64,000 bases of DNA from Tubiluchus corallicola. Lineage: Eukaryota > Animalia > Priapulida. Positions within the stretch are counted from its first letter, which is position 1. Each line of letters starts with the position of its first letter. Positions 38,603 through 52,810 of the stretch are shown in pieces. The DNA lies in contig JAQGDQ010000275.1 in the NCBI GenBank assembly GCA_030141605.1, positions 186,001 to 250,000 of the forward strand, written 5' to 3'. Position numbers and translations under genes: made by a program. The notes under the pieces are model-generated. The model was given only the letters and a program-made list of their open reading frames with translations, searched no databases and was not told the origin of the DNA.

Positions 38603-38680
38603 AGGGAGTAATCTTGTGAAGTCTTTTTTCCGCTACGTACCTCACCCTATTGTGTTCATGTTTAAATATATGTCAAAATG

Positions 38681-39338
38681 TTAAAGTACAAGGAAGCACG
38701 CTTCATAAATAAAGCTTTAAAATTTAACTTGAAATTTTATATCACTTACATGCTGTCTTATTGCATGCAGGGCTTGTGCTACCAGTAACGCTGTACAAAA
38801 CTTGTACATTTAAATTCCCGCGATGAACGCTAACTGGCGTTTATGTAGCATCGGGAATTCGTATGCGTTATGGGAGTGCGGAATAGATAAAATCGGTTTA
38901 TATTGTTTTCAATGCGCCCGTTTATCAGACCTGCGTTATGCGTTATTTTTTCTGCAGGTATTTCCTATTGATTTTTTATTCAGCAGGTGGATAACGCATA
39001 ACGCTTTCTTGATGCTAAACAAACGCTACTTTAGATGCAGCTATTTTAGCAATAAGCAAGTTGAAACAAGTTTAGATAACATCGCGTAAAGTTCGAAGAA
39101 ATAATCAAAACACTTTGCTAGCTAAGCAAAAACATAATTTTTTTTCGGTGAGCCAGTGGTGCACATCGGGATAGTGATGCATCGATGTTTGGCAGATGGA
39201 GCGAACATTTTAAATTATTAAGCATTTTCTTTTCCAATTGCACAAGCCTTTCAAACAGTTTGGCGTAATGCTGAATTATACAACTTTGTATGGAAAGTTA
39301 TTTTGGGATATACTTTAAAATTCCGATTTCCCCTTTAA
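38681..39338 (+). mobile_element. Kolobok-like MITE family B carrying a nested ~190-bp TIR element (~38836-39027)
   Basis: TTAAAGTACAAG ... TTCCCCTTTAA; insert bounded by gcgtttatgtagcatc / gatgctaaacaaacgc inverted repeats. Confidence 0.8.
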
Positions 39339-39881
39339 ACAACAGTAAATTACGGAGCTTCCATTTGTGACCAGTACTCCCTAATATAAGTGTAGGCTTT
39401 ATCATGACAAATTTGCGCTCGCTGAGAATGACGAATAGGATACAACAGCGTTACTGAACTTAGAAATACTTGGATAAATCACTGATTTACATCTGTCTAA
39501 AGATATTTTATTGTTTTATAAGAATGTTTTATACTCCTTCATCAAAGGCAAGTGACGTGCGCTCAGTCCGCTCGATAAATACTCTAGATTTCCCAATCCT
39601 CCATTTCTTTGAGCTGACGTAATTTGAAAGCACCTGCTGGATGCAATTTTAGCTGCTTTCTAGCCATTGAGAAAAACGTTAAGAATTTATAGCTCTTAAA
39701 TCTCCATTCTGCAGAAACGGCAAAAGTTTGCGCGTCTCCGAAATCAGAAGCCTACATTTGGTAAATCTCAGTAAGGGTCTCAACGCATTAGATAAGCGTA
39801 ATTGGAATTGGAAGCAAGGGAGCAAACACGCATACATGTGTCATTAAACGTGGCTATTACAATTTTTTGAGTCTCCGGCGG

Positions 39882-40410
39882 TTAAAGGAAAAGACAAGTC
39901 ACTTGTGTGTTGGGTTTGTTTACTGATGTCACCTAAATTTAAAAAAAACTAAAAATATAACAAAGAAATTTGCAAAAAAATGTCTATGAAGCATAAGGTT
40001 AATTTATACTACCGCTGTGTAGAAATTTTTATGCGTAGTGCTTGTCGCCATTTACTTTGAAATTGTGACGTAACTGGTGGACTTTGACGTAAACGCATCA
40101 TGGTTTTCCAGAAGTTCTGCAGTTTACGTAACGTTCATGCAAAATTATCACAAAATTAGCTATCTATTTTTTTGTAAAATCAAAACTTAATATACTTTTC
40201 ACTGAAATTGACGGTGCTCTTCTTCAACCGATGAATGACGTCATTGGTGGAAGAATGAGCGTTCAAGATGGGAGCACACAAGAGTGAAATGATCGCGACT
40301 TTAAAATGATTTTGCTAATTACACGAGGTGGTTATCGCACTTTTATTACCAAATCCTTCTAACATTTTTCACTAACATTGAAGTGAGCCTAACTTCGCAG
40401 AAGGCACTTC
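39882..40410 (+). mobile_element. Kolobok-like MITE family C
   Basis: TTAAAGGAAAAGACAAGTCAC start; collinear with 46163-46717 and inverted 44260-44751. Confidence 0.75.
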
Positions 40411-41684
40411 GTCCAGCTACTATGACATACTACAGTTTGGCTTCTCTTGGTTTTGTTGTAACAGAACAATGACCGTCATAGTTCTTTTTATGTAACAGAG
40501 TTTGGCTTCCTTTTGTAACTGCTGTCTCTAGCGAAGAAAGACTACAGGATCTGGAGAATTGATTTTTTTAATTGTCGTGATCACAGTGGTCAAGTGATTT
40601 ACGTGATGATGAGGCTATGAAAGCGCGGTCAAAAAGGTCTTTATGTAAGGGCAATTACTTTACTGGTTAAGTTCTCTGAATGTTGTGTAAATGCAAAAAT
40701 AATAATTTCAAATCGTGTGCGTGTCAATTTTACGCATGCACCCTGTTGTGCCAACTTTTCCAATACAACTACACTTTTTTAAAGATGACTCACAATAACT
40801 TTTTATTTTTTTATTTAACCCACATCACAAGTTCACAACTTGGAAACATTATGAAATACATACAGATGTGGGCTGGGAGACCCATACATGGCAAAAAGCC
40901 TCAAACCGCCACCCAGACCGTTAACAAAAATAGCGTACAACAGAATACAGTAGTTTGATCGATGGGGACAAATGGTGACGATACAATGATGATCAGTGAA
41001 TAATTTATCATACCTGATGTTAACTATTAATACTATTACGCTCTATAGCATTTTACCGATTGAAGTATGAACATACATAACCTGAGGTGAAACAATATAG
41101 CACACTAACATTAATTAACGACGACTAAAATAAAGTGCTGACACTTTATTGGAGAACGGGAAATATCTGTTCCACGTCTTTTTGTCCTGGTACTTGAGGT
41201 TCAGATGGTGATGAGGAACCAGGAATAAGCCTTTTCACAGTTTCATTGTGCGCACGCGCAGTTGCTGTAGGTCAAAGGTTAAGTGCACCACAGCAACGCG
41301 TCTTAACCATTACGTGACATGTGGGTAAAGCAAAGCCGTCTGCCGCGTCAATTCTGTAACTTTACTTGTTTTACGTGGACTTTACTTAATCATGCATATT
41401 AGTCTGTGCGTAGAGTGATTTACTAGCAGGATCTTGCTTGGGAACAAGAAAAAATGAATTAGGTAAGGTTCAGCTAGCTGTTAAAACTGTTACTAGTACA
41501 ATAGTATGGGATGCAAGGCGTTGTCTGGTACACTTAACCTTTGATCTTTTCACAGTCACCGTTAAAGGTGGGACAGTGAAAAGGCTTATACTTAAGACGA
41601 AAGTAAGAAGAAAATAAGATGATCTTAAAAACTCCATTTCCCCATCACCAATCAGTTTCTCAAGAAATACAGTTACGGGAATGC

Positions 41685-41770
41685 TACACTTCGCTACACT
41701 TCACTACACTTCACTACACGACGCTTCACTACACTTCACTACACGACACTTCACTACACTTCACTACACA
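41685..41770. repeat. (CACTA/CACTT)n pentamer repeat
   Basis: Direct inspection. Confidence 0.85.
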
Positions 41771-42389
41771 GCTTACACTTCAATTATATCGCCTTGCCAG
41801 ATATTTATAAGCGGTTTCAGATTGAAATTTTCTTCAAACCTGTCGCGATGAGGATCTACAACCTAAACTTATTCAATTCAAAGCAGTAAAACAGACACTT
41901 ACTTGAAGTTATCTTAAAGCCATTCTTAAAAATACCTTCGTGATTAAATTTATCATCAGTGCCGACGATATTAAAGTCGGCTCGTCTAAATAATTTGCTG
42001 CTTAATAGCGGCTCATTATTTTGCTACCAGCGTAGTCATCGTATCATGGTGTCACCTTGAAAATCTTCTTTGAGGAAATTTGCGCAAAACAAAGACTAGC
42101 AACAGTTTACTTGGGTTAAGGATCTGTTGCCTGTAACCATGGATGAGGGGAAAATGTGGTTTTTCCTATCCTATCCCATTTTGAGGTACGGCAAAAAGTA
42201 TACATTAACATCCATAATAACGCGAAAGCGTTTCTGAAAGTTGATATTTGTTGGATAATTTTATATTGTTACCAACTTAACGAGATTAATTTATTTAGGT
42301 AATTGATATCAGTGTCGGTTAAGAAGGTAATGATAATAAAATGCTAGCATAGATATACTGTAATCATTAAAAATGGCATTTAAATGCTC

Positions 42390-42969
42390 TTAAAGGAAGA
42401 CTTGATGATTTTTCATATACTACATTTTCAAGTGCCATAAGTATATGTTTCAAGACGATTAATACTGCAAACGCGTTTCTGATAATTAAATAATAGATTA
42501 AAAACTTAATTAATGGCGGGCGAGCCCAACTTTTAATGACATCACAAACTAACATAATTTTTAAGAGCAAAAATATTCCACCTGCGTGTTGCACGTGTTT
42601 ACGAAAGTGAAAATTAAAGTACAGTGATACTGTAAGATATTCAATGTGTTGTACTAAAACTCGGCAATTTTAAGATAAAAATTGTAATTTCAAATTTACC
42701 GCTGTGCTCACGAATAATATCTCGACGTGCTTTACATCACAACTGAACGCTTCTAAACTGAGAGGTACAGCGCCTGTTTTTGTGCAAAGCGTTTTCACAT
42801 GCAGTCGCCAGTGCCCATGTAGCAGCGAAGAACTAGTTGCGCGAAAGCGAATTTACACTTCTGTGGTAATAATTCTTTTACGTATATAAAATACAATGTT
42901 CCCTTTCAATATCTTATAGGGTAGACTGTTTAGAATTGTAATTTAAGATTAGGTCCGGTCTTTCTGTAA
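42390..42969 (-). mobile_element. Kolobok-like MITE family A, inverted copy
   Basis: Reverse complement of the 30436-31038 blocks; TTAAAGGAAGAC terminus. Confidence 0.8.
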
Positions 42970-43129
42970 GTTAAATGTTTAAATTCTCTGAGAGATTTGT
43001 AACCCATGTTCTTAAACCCCTTGCAAAGACCTTATGCTTCAAACTGCAATATAATAAAAATAAACAAAGTGACAATAACAATGTGAACTTATATCACAGA
43101 ACAGGAAATAATTAGTTTAGTTTAAATAA

Positions 43130-43620
43130 GTATTTATTATAATAACATAAGTACATATATTATATATTATATTATAATAACATATGTACATATATAAGTA
43201 CATATATTACAGCCCACGAAACAGCAAGCAAAACCATTTAAAGTTGTCAGGACTGTTGGTAAAGCTTAAAAAATAGCAGTGAAATTATAGTGGTAATGTT
43301 TGCCTCAGTTTATAAGGTTAGTGTAAACTGCGCACTTTGTAAATTGAAAAGTATATCTAATTTATGGAGTTAGTGCATAAGAGTTGCAGTGAAGTTATAT
43401 ACAATATCAGCAATTTCAGTCATCACAAACCTCTCGCGTCGTTTAGTAAATTCAATGATGTTACATAACCGAATGGTATTTTCATCTTCTGCAAGGCTGT
43501 CACTTCCATTCAATAGCGAATCTACGATAGGCTGGTGGCCACGAGAGATTGAATTCAAAATGGTATGCCGTATGAACGCATTTTACAATAGACAAGAAAA
43601 ATGTAAAATGTTACAAAATT
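43130..43620 (-). mobile_element. LINE ORF2 C-terminal/3'UTR remnant (CR1/L2-related group)
   Basis: Frameshifted HFFL ... LNSIS...LLNGSDSL...N.IRLCNIIEFTKRRERF, resembling the conserved LINE C-terminal end. Confidence 0.55.
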
Positions 43621-43724
43621 AAAAATTTGAGTGTCATCGAGTGAAAGTAGTTTAAGCGGCTGTAACCAGATTATTATGACAAACATGAAACTTCCCAAAC
43701 AACCTTCTCTCAGTTGTTATTATA

Positions 43725-43858
43725 AGACGATGACAATGTTGATGATGATGATAATGACGTTGATGATGATGATGACAATGATGATCATGTTGACGATGAT
43801 GGTGATGCTGATGCTGATGATGATGACGATGATGACGATGATGATGATGACAATGATA

Positions 43859-43895
<37 letters not shown>

Positions 43896-43950
43896 TGATG
43901 ATGATGACGATGCGTTAATGCTGATGGTAATGATAATGATCGCGATGATG
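43725..43950. repeat. (GAT/GAC)n microsatellite
   Basis: Direct inspection. Confidence 0.95.
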
Positions 43951-44259
43951 ACAGTAATTGATTGTGATGGCTACAACTACAGCTAAGGCAACTGAGATGA
44001 TGTCAGTGACGACGACAATGGTACTAATGCTGTTGATGAACGAACTAGAATAATCCACAGTACAATAAAATTTAGATGCTCGGGTCATATTTAGGTATGA
44101 AAAGTTGACTGTTAATGCTACTTCACTACCAATATAAACTATTGTTCAATCTGATTAGTATTAATCTCCTATATAAGATTCATCCATTTTCTTAAACTTC
44201 TGATGCGTTTAATTTGCTATTGATACCGAAATAAAAGTAATAAAAATCGTATTCAGCGC

Positions 44260-44751
44260 TTACAGCAAAGGCCACGCCTTCTAGCTTATTCCAATATTCG
44301 GGAAAATGTTAGTGGGATTTAGTAATAAAAGTGTGATAATTAGTACATGTGAAATTAGTAAAATCACTTTAAAGTCGTGATAATTTCACGCTTGAGTGCT
44401 CCCATTTTGAACGCCCATTCTTCCACCAATGACGTCTTTCATCGGCTGAAGAAAAACAGCGCTCTGTCAATCTCTGTGAAAAGTATAATAAGTTTTTCCG
44501 AAAAATATATTAACTAAGATTGAAGAAGTTTGAATTAGTTTAAGCAGCGCGCGTTTAGGATGTCCGCCAGTTACGTCATAATTTCTCACCGAACGGTGGC
44601 TACCACAACGCATGAAATTTCTATACAGCGATAGTATAAATTAACTTTATCCTTTTAGGCAGGTGATGTAAATTTATTTCTTATGTTTTCTAAGTGATAA
44701 CAGTAAGATAAACCTAAGATGCCAAGAGAAATGAGTTGCCCTTTCCTTTAA
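44260..44751 (-). mobile_element. Kolobok-like MITE family C, inverted copy
   Basis: Reverse-complement blocks; ends CTTTCCTTTAA. Confidence 0.72.
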
Positions 44752-45714
44752 TCTTGTTCATGAAATTACTGTTATAGAACTAACCGCGATGGCTTAAAGT
44801 AAACGAGTTCAATTGTCCTACACAGCATGGTAACTGACTTCAAAATGTGACTTTTTTCACTAATGCCACGAGCAGCTCAACTAAATTGATTTCTGTTCAG
44901 GATCTCGTTAACTTTCAAAAGTGGTAACCCTGCTGATTGTGTTTTAGTCTAATAACTAACAGTGGAAACGTTTCAGTTTACCATGATAAATTACCAATCG
45001 TGCAAAACAAACACTTTGAGGCCATGTTTCTGCAAAAAGCGAAGAAACACGATGATATTTAGTCTACCGTTTTCTAACGTGTTTTTAGATGTGTAATTGC
45101 CTCGCTCAGTAGCTCTCGATCACGTGTGGACTGTTTACTCAATCACAACAATCTTTCGTAGAAACTCCTGCTACTACAGATAAAGTTTGAACAGTAGTTT
45201 ATCGCAAGGCGCAAACTAAAAAGTACCATATGAACTATATTTGTACGATGACGAAATAACATTTATTTTCACTCACAGATTGTGATTGTTCGATCCCTTG
45301 TACATCAGCGTTGCATACTAGGCATAAAACCGCTGATATATAATAGCTTCGTCTGTTCAGTGGGTAGGCAGATTTGTGACTTTAACATTTCAGCACCTGT
45401 TCTATTCTTATCAGCCTTAAGAACAGGACACAGATTTCTGGCAAATGTTTTTTCGTTTTAATTTTTCTTATTACGTCGATTTCAATGCGTGTCAGCACCG
45501 CATTGTTGTTGACAATGCAGGAATGACTAGCAAGTGTCTGACTGTAATCATAAATAACTGCTTAGTTAGGACTTTGATACAATTTTCTGCAGTTTGTGTG
45601 TGTATTTGAGTTTCTTTAGCTGCCATTTAGCAATTTAATTCTCACTATTAACTGGCTATTTTAACGTTTCACCTTCATTTTCTAGTGTACTATATCAATT
45701 TTGACACCAATAAA

Positions 45715-45897
45715 TGCATAAATATAAAAATAAACATAAATACAAGAGTAAATATGAATATGAATATGAACATGAACGTGAACGTGAACGTGAACGTGAA
45801 CGTGAACGTGAACATGAACATGAACATGAACATGAACGTGAACGTGAACGTGAACATGAACATGAACATGAACATGAACATGAACATAAATATAAAT
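45715..45897. repeat. Compound hexamer microsatellite (ATGAAC/GTGAAC)n
   Basis: Direct inspection. Confidence 0.95.
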
Positions 45898-46162
45898 CAA
45901 GAACGCTCAGATGTGAGAAGTCGCCGCAAAACAGCAAAGTAGCGACTATAGCAGTAGCATTACTTTTATTTAGTAATTTTAGCTGCAACAGGTACTTTTT
46001 AACAAAGTAATTGTAGCTTAGCACTACTACTTTTCAAGAAAGTAATCGTATTTGTAGTGATACTACACTTTAAAAGGTAATTGACCCAACACTGCACGGC
46101 ACGCATGTGCAATAAATTCGCGTTGAAACTTAATCGCGGCGGAGAAAACGTTGATTGTTACA

Positions 46163-46717
46163 GGTGAATTCTGAATCATAAGTAAAGGAAAGAACAAGTC
46201 ACTCAGTCTGTTGGGTTTATTTTACTGTTATCGCGTACACTTAGAAAAATATAACAAAGAAATTTGCAAAAAACTGCATATAAAACATAAATTTACAGGT
46301 GTGGTGGTTGCCGCCATTCACTTGAAATCATGACGTAACTGGAAGACTTCGTAACTTTTCGTAAGTGCGTCGTGGCTTTCCGTAAGCACGCGCTGCTTAA
46401 ACTAATTCAAACTTCAGCAGCTTACCTAATGTTCACGCAAAGATATTGCAAAATTAACTATCTATTTTTTTGTAAAACTCATTATACTTTTGATGAAGAT
46501 TGACAGTGCGCTACTTTTCTTCAAGGCGAATGACGTCATTGGGAAGAAGAATGGGCATTGAAAATGGGAGCGCCCAAAGAGGAAGTGATCGCGACTTTAA
46601 AGTGATTTTACTAGTTAAACAAAGCGCTTATCACACTTTTATTACTAAATTCTTCTAACACTATTCGTGAACATTGAAATAAAGTTAACCTCCTAGAAGG
46701 CTTGGCCTTTCCCTTAA
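46163..46717 (+). mobile_element. Kolobok-like MITE family C, full length
   Basis: TAAAGGAAAG ... CTTTCCCTTAA termini. Confidence 0.78.
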
Positions 46718-47356
46718 CGAACCAAAAGCTCGTTTATAGATGCTGATGCAACGAAAGACAGCGATGGATTTGTAGCCAACATCAACGAGATAACCTACAC
46801 CGCTCGTAATCTAACAATCGTAGTTACAGGAAATGAATAACGGAAATGATTTTCTGGCAAAATTTAGAGGAAGTTTAACAGATTGTAAGGCATTGTTTGT
46901 TGCTTTTCACTAATAACAATTTAGCTGCATGGCAGCTGGAAACCCCTGGTTATTGTTTTGTGAACTTAGATATACCTCAATGTTGCGGAAGCCGAAAATA
47001 TAGTTTAGATATTTCTGCCACGTGATGTTTGTGGCGTGGCAGGAACCAGGCTCATCATCAGGGCAACCCTCTTAGATGAGCCACTGAACCAGCAGAGGTT
47101 TCTTTGCCACGTTCGAATATATATGCTTTCTTCATATATGATTCAACCAATTGGTTTCTTCATATATCAGTTCATGTTATCATTAACCCAATTTGTATTT
47201 TAGTGACGTCACTGTCTTACATCTACCTTGCAATTTGTAATCTAGTTATAATTTTGTTGGTCAATAAATTACATAGTTTGTTAGTTAGCTAGTTTATTGA
47301 CTATAATTTGCATAATTCGAGACAAATACACTATAACATTGGGTAACCAGAAAAAA

Positions 47357-47724
<368 letters not shown>

Positions 47725-49044
47725 TCATGCATTACATCAGTTAAAGAATCAGAATCCATATTTTGTACGTAATCGGCCAGAGTGAGCATTGAATCATGAC
47801 TCACGAGCCATTAATGCGATAGATGTACGCGTGACCACGCGGTTATGAATATTGACTGTCATGGTGGCACGGCAGCATTGCAGAATTTCCTGTTACAAAT
47901 CTCAGTGTGGGATGTTATAACAAGCTTGCTTCTCCAACTATAAATCAACCGCCTTAGTTACACATCTCATAATGAACATCTAGGTTTAATTAATTCATTT
48001 GTAAATTCAGGGAGAAAATGCCATTACAAGGAAGCGAAAAAGTATCCGTAGAAAATACGTCAGCTGATATGATGGTATTTTGTCCTCGAGGGATTCAGTA
48101 ATTTTGCGTTGATTCCGTGCATTAATGCACTACCAGACAGATGATTGCAAATCCATTAGTTTTTCATCATCATTGCACTGAGTTATACTTCCCAGCGTTA
48201 TTGACGCCTGAACCAAAATTTGGAAGAAGAAGAAGAAAAACGAGGAATTAATAAAAAATGATTAAGTGAGTTGAATATTAAAAAGGCAACACAGAATGCT
48301 GAAGTGTTTAAACAAATTGCTGAAGAGTAGAGTTGTTCTGAGCTTTTGATGGTAATAAGTATAATAGAAACAGTATAGTGAACCATAATTACTTTAATTT
48401 TTATAGTAATAAGAATTTTACGAAAAAATTATTCAAAAACTTGCTAGCAACATGTAATTTTGCAACAAAATCCTTGGTGGAACTTTTGCCAACATCATAA
48501 TGAGTTGTTGCCGGGAAAGCGGTTTCAGAAACCGCTTTAAGCACAATTCCTTTTTAAGTACAAAACATGCGTTTCATATGTTTCAAAACCTGTTTCATTT
48601 GAGAAAAACGATTTGTTTTGGAAGCTTATTATCAAAAGGGAAAAGGCGCTTCTCTTATTTCAGGAATGTTTTGCTGTCGTTGTCTTAGAAGCGGTTTCAA
48701 AAAATTCTTTAAGTGGATTTCGTTCTTGTCAGTATACTACTTTCATAAAACCATCAAAAACTCGTTTCGTTTGAGCAAAATGATTTTTGTCACAAATGTA
48801 ACGCACAAACTGGCGTTTTAAGATAAACTGCTTGACGATATATGACCGCTGCAAGGTATGAAAAGATAAAGCTCGGGCAGCTGATATGCTCTTTTGTTTT
48901 ATGTTCAGTCGACAAAATTGTCTTGGCAGAGAAATAAAAGCAGCAGGTAAACAGTCTAAGAAGGATGCATTTTGAACATTTGAAAGTGATGCTAGTAATT
49001 GAGAAGGTGCTGTCCTTGTACATTCTTGCTGATTCTAATTCTCG

Positions 49045-49287
49045 AAATAAGTAAATAAATAAGTAAATGTAGTAAGTAAATAGGCAAGTGAGTGATTGTG
49101 TAAATAAGTAAGTAAGTAAGTAAGTAAGCAAGTAAGTAAGTAAGCAAGTGAGTGATGTAAGTGAGTGAGTAAGCAAGCAAGTAAGTAAGTAAGTAAGTAA
49201 GTAAGTCAGTTAGTCAGTCAGTCAGTCAGTCAGTCAGTCAGTCAGTCAGTCAGTCAGTCAGTCAGTCAGTCAGTCAGTCAGTCAGTC

Positions 49288-49347
<60 letters not shown>
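49045..49347. repeat. (TAAG)n(TCAG)n(TAAG)n compound microsatellite
   Basis: Direct inspection. Confidence 0.95.
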
Positions 49348-50010
49348 TGCAACGTCTTATTTTAGGACAAGCCCATATACATATCATAAGAACAATTTTT
49401 TATTGTTCTTGGCCTTTAAAGTCCAACAGTTGAGTGTGTCAAAGGAAAAAAGGTAGAAAGGAACTAACTGATTAACCGACCGACAAAAGACTTGGCTAAG
49501 CAACAAAAAAGAAACAAGCAAAAATGTGGCAGTAGCAAAAAATAAAGAATAAGCGTTGGTAGTACGAAAAAAACTAGCAGTTAAACAGGGAATTAAAAAT
49601 CAGAGCAACAAAAGTAAAGTCATACTATTCAAAAAACATTTTGTCCAACAGAAAGTTATTAGTCCTGACATTTCCAGTTTAATATTAACATCAAAGAACG
49701 CACGTCATAACATCAAAGCCATATGATTTTAATATCTTGTATGGCATTCTCCAGGTACCTTTGAGCAACTAATAAATGAAATGAAACGCAATATTAACCT
49801 CTGGCGATTTCGTCCTTTGACGGTTATTTAAAAGCGTTTTAATGAACGAGCAAGATATGCAGTTGAAGTCTGAGAGAGGCATGTTGAATTAAACGTCTCT
49901 ATTTTTATTATGAATTTTCTTATCCACTATGACAAAGTTTTAAAAAGTTGACGACGGCTAACCAGTCAAAGCATTCTTGCACTTTCGTGCTGGATTCGAT
50001 TGTTGATTAC

Positions 50011-50548
50011 TTAACGGAAAACCGGACCCAATCTTAAACTGTAAGTCAAAACATTCTACTTTTTAAATATCGAAAAGGAAATCATTTTTTCAAAAGTGAC
50101 TTACGTGCAAGAATTATTATAACACAAACGCAGTTTCGTGTTCGCTGTTACATGCATTTCGCCATTCGCTAGTTAGACGGTCACTAGTGCCTGCATTTCG
50201 GAAAGCGTTGCACAAAAACGGGTGCTGTACCTTTCAGTTCAGAGTTGTTCGTTTTTGACGTACTGCATACCTTCGATAGCTCATGCGTGAGCGCACAGCG
50301 GTAAATTTGAAACTTGAATTTTTATCTCCAAACTTGCCGAGTTTTAGTACAACACACTGAATATATTACAGTAGCACTGTACTTCAATTTTCGCTTTTGC
50401 AAATATGTGCAACACGCTCAAGGAGTGTTTTTTCGCTTGTGATGTCATCAATAGTTGGGCTCGCCAGAGTTAATTAAGATTTTAATCTATTATTTAATTG
50501 TCAGAAATGGTCTTGCAATATTATTGATGTTAAAATGCATTTACTTGC
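50011..50548 (+). mobile_element. Kolobok-like MITE family A, right-truncated
   Basis: TTAACGGAAAACCGGACC start and shared internal blocks. Confidence 0.75.
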
Positions 50549-52370
50549 CTATAAAAGTTAGAAATTGTTTCTTATATTTGAATAATTAGCTTAGAAAGTT
50601 AATTAACGGCAATCGAACACAGCTATTGCTTACGCCAGAAACTAACCACAGTTTGTGTAATGGTAGGCATGTTTGCCTTGTGCGTCAAACTGGCTCTACG
50701 TCATATGACGTCAGAAACTAACACTGCAGTTCATGATCATGGTTATCACGGTACCGCCTTCTATTTGTCCGGCACCCGAATGTGACAAGACGCCGTTGCG
50801 AATCTTAGTAAATTCTCTGAGTCGCGCGTAGTTTTGAAGGTTTAACAAAATTTGAGTATCCGAGGTAATTATTATTTAATCTAAGATTTGATTTAAAAAA
50901 GCTATTATAGTTTTAAATATTTTAGAGCATTCGTTATTCTGAACTAATGCTTACACCAGTTTTCCTTTAAGTAAAGCCGTGTTTGAAGGTCTACGAATAT
51001 TCACAATTCTATTGAAGGCCTGCTGAAAGGAACAACAACAGATATTTTACAGAGCTTTTGGAAGGGTAGCATAAATGGTAGCAAGGCAGAATAGGCTGTT
51101 ACATTTACACAGTGATGAAATACTGACGGAGTTAAGTATTGGCAGCAGCAGCGCTGACGTCAAGACTATGATGATGACGCCAGCAACAACATCAAGCAAG
51201 GAAAAAACCTTATCTTAACTTCTGAAACTTCCGAGAGAAGTACTTCGTAATTTCTATTGATCTTTCCTCATTTTCCATCCTTCCTTTTGCTGTCGAGCAA
51301 AAATATTGATGCGTGTTATCAATGGCACACATCCTCACAGCCTTTCCTTTTTAAAATTGGCATTACAGGAGTAATTTCCGAGTGAATAGGTGCAAATTAA
51401 ATTGTAATTCCATTGTCAATATCAAAGTTCTTGGGTCACGTGACATACACGAGAATTTTGCTCTTCTGCAGAGCATATCAGCTTTGAGGGTAGAAATTTG
51501 GAGGTTCGAAACAAACGGTGTTAATATTGTTGCGGAGGCGACCAAGAGGATCAGGGTTCAAATCTGGATCAGTTAAACCATGTTGCAGGCAAACATTGTA
51601 GATGAAAAAATAGACAAAATAAATATGTAAAAATTCAAACAGTAAATTAAGGTAAAAGTTAGCCAGAAATTTTTTCTGCGCTCCTCATGCTTATCATGAC
51701 TACGGAACAGGTACTTAGGTAGTAAACGCACCCGTCCGTCTGCCGGCTTAACCGACGAGCCCATTCTATACCACCTACTTGTAGCTGATATGCAATGGCG
51801 TCGTAATGGATCGAACCATCACGATGTAAAAGGGGGAAGGGGGGCGAAAATAAACGGCATTTCGTCCCCGTAACAATATTATTTGCAAGCAATTGAAGAA
51901 GGGTAGCGCATCGAGGACCTTGCACGCAGAACACTCACCACAAAGTCAGCCGCTATTTCCTTTGTTAGCTGACGGAATTACTCGCTATTTGACTTGCAAG
52001 AAGCTAAACAGGATTTTTCGTCTAAACGTAAAATTCTCATGAATAAAACAGCGGGATAAATTGACTTTATTTGCTGGGCAGGCCAACAAGCTGCTGTGAT
52101 CGCAAGTAAATACCTGGCTGCAATTCCTAGCAGATTTTCCACGGCATTTTGAGCAAAATGAGCTGCCTGCTGGCGTTTTCCGCTTGGATGATGAACGGAA
52201 AAACTTATTCTAATTCAGAGGAAGCTCGTTTTATTTATATACTCAGTGAGTAGGGCGATTTTAAATAACACGAAGATAACATTTTATACAAAAATGTAGT
52301 TTCTAATTAACAATGTAAATAGTATAACATAAAGTAGTACTACCAACTCTGTTTTTATTTTCGTACAGTA

Positions 52371-52600
52371 TTAAAGGAGCAGTCAAGCCTTCTGGAAAAT
52401 TTCAATGTTCATGAAAAACGTTAAAAGGACTTAGTTATAAAAGTGTAATAAGCGACTGGTGTAATTAGTAAAACCAATTCAAACTGCAAACGTCTCAAGC
52501 TTAGGTGCTTGCTCTCATTTTGAACGCCTATTTTTCCACCAGTGACCTGAAGAAAAGTAGCGCACTGTCATTTTCCGTATAAAGTATCAAAAGTGGTATA
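52371..52600 (-). mobile_element. Kolobok-like MITE family C fragment
   Basis: TTAAAGG..caagccttct terminus and cattttgaacgcc block. Confidence 0.55.
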
Positions 52601-52810
52601 GTCGTTTTTATCTAGTAATTATTCTATCAACTTAGATTATGTATAGTTTTCGCGAATTCTTTCACCTTCTTAGACATTTTTGCTTGTGTTCAACGTCCAA
52701 CCCAATATACTGGTATTATTTTGTCTAGGTTGCGTTATCTACATTACAAGAACAACTATGTAAAAGTTAAGAGAGAGTATTGATAACTCTTTTACAGGTA
52801 TGACTATATT

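Noticed and set aside
48190-48830. Possible Harbinger Myb/SANT remnant (NAEVFKQIAEE) with palindromic gaaagcggtttc repeats
   Set aside because: Too degraded; no TIR pair or TSD could be defined.
51659-51934. 91-aa ORF with DGSIHYDAI, reminiscent of a DHDPS-family N-terminus
   Set aside because: Only a few residues resemble it; no supporting exons or convincing splice sites.
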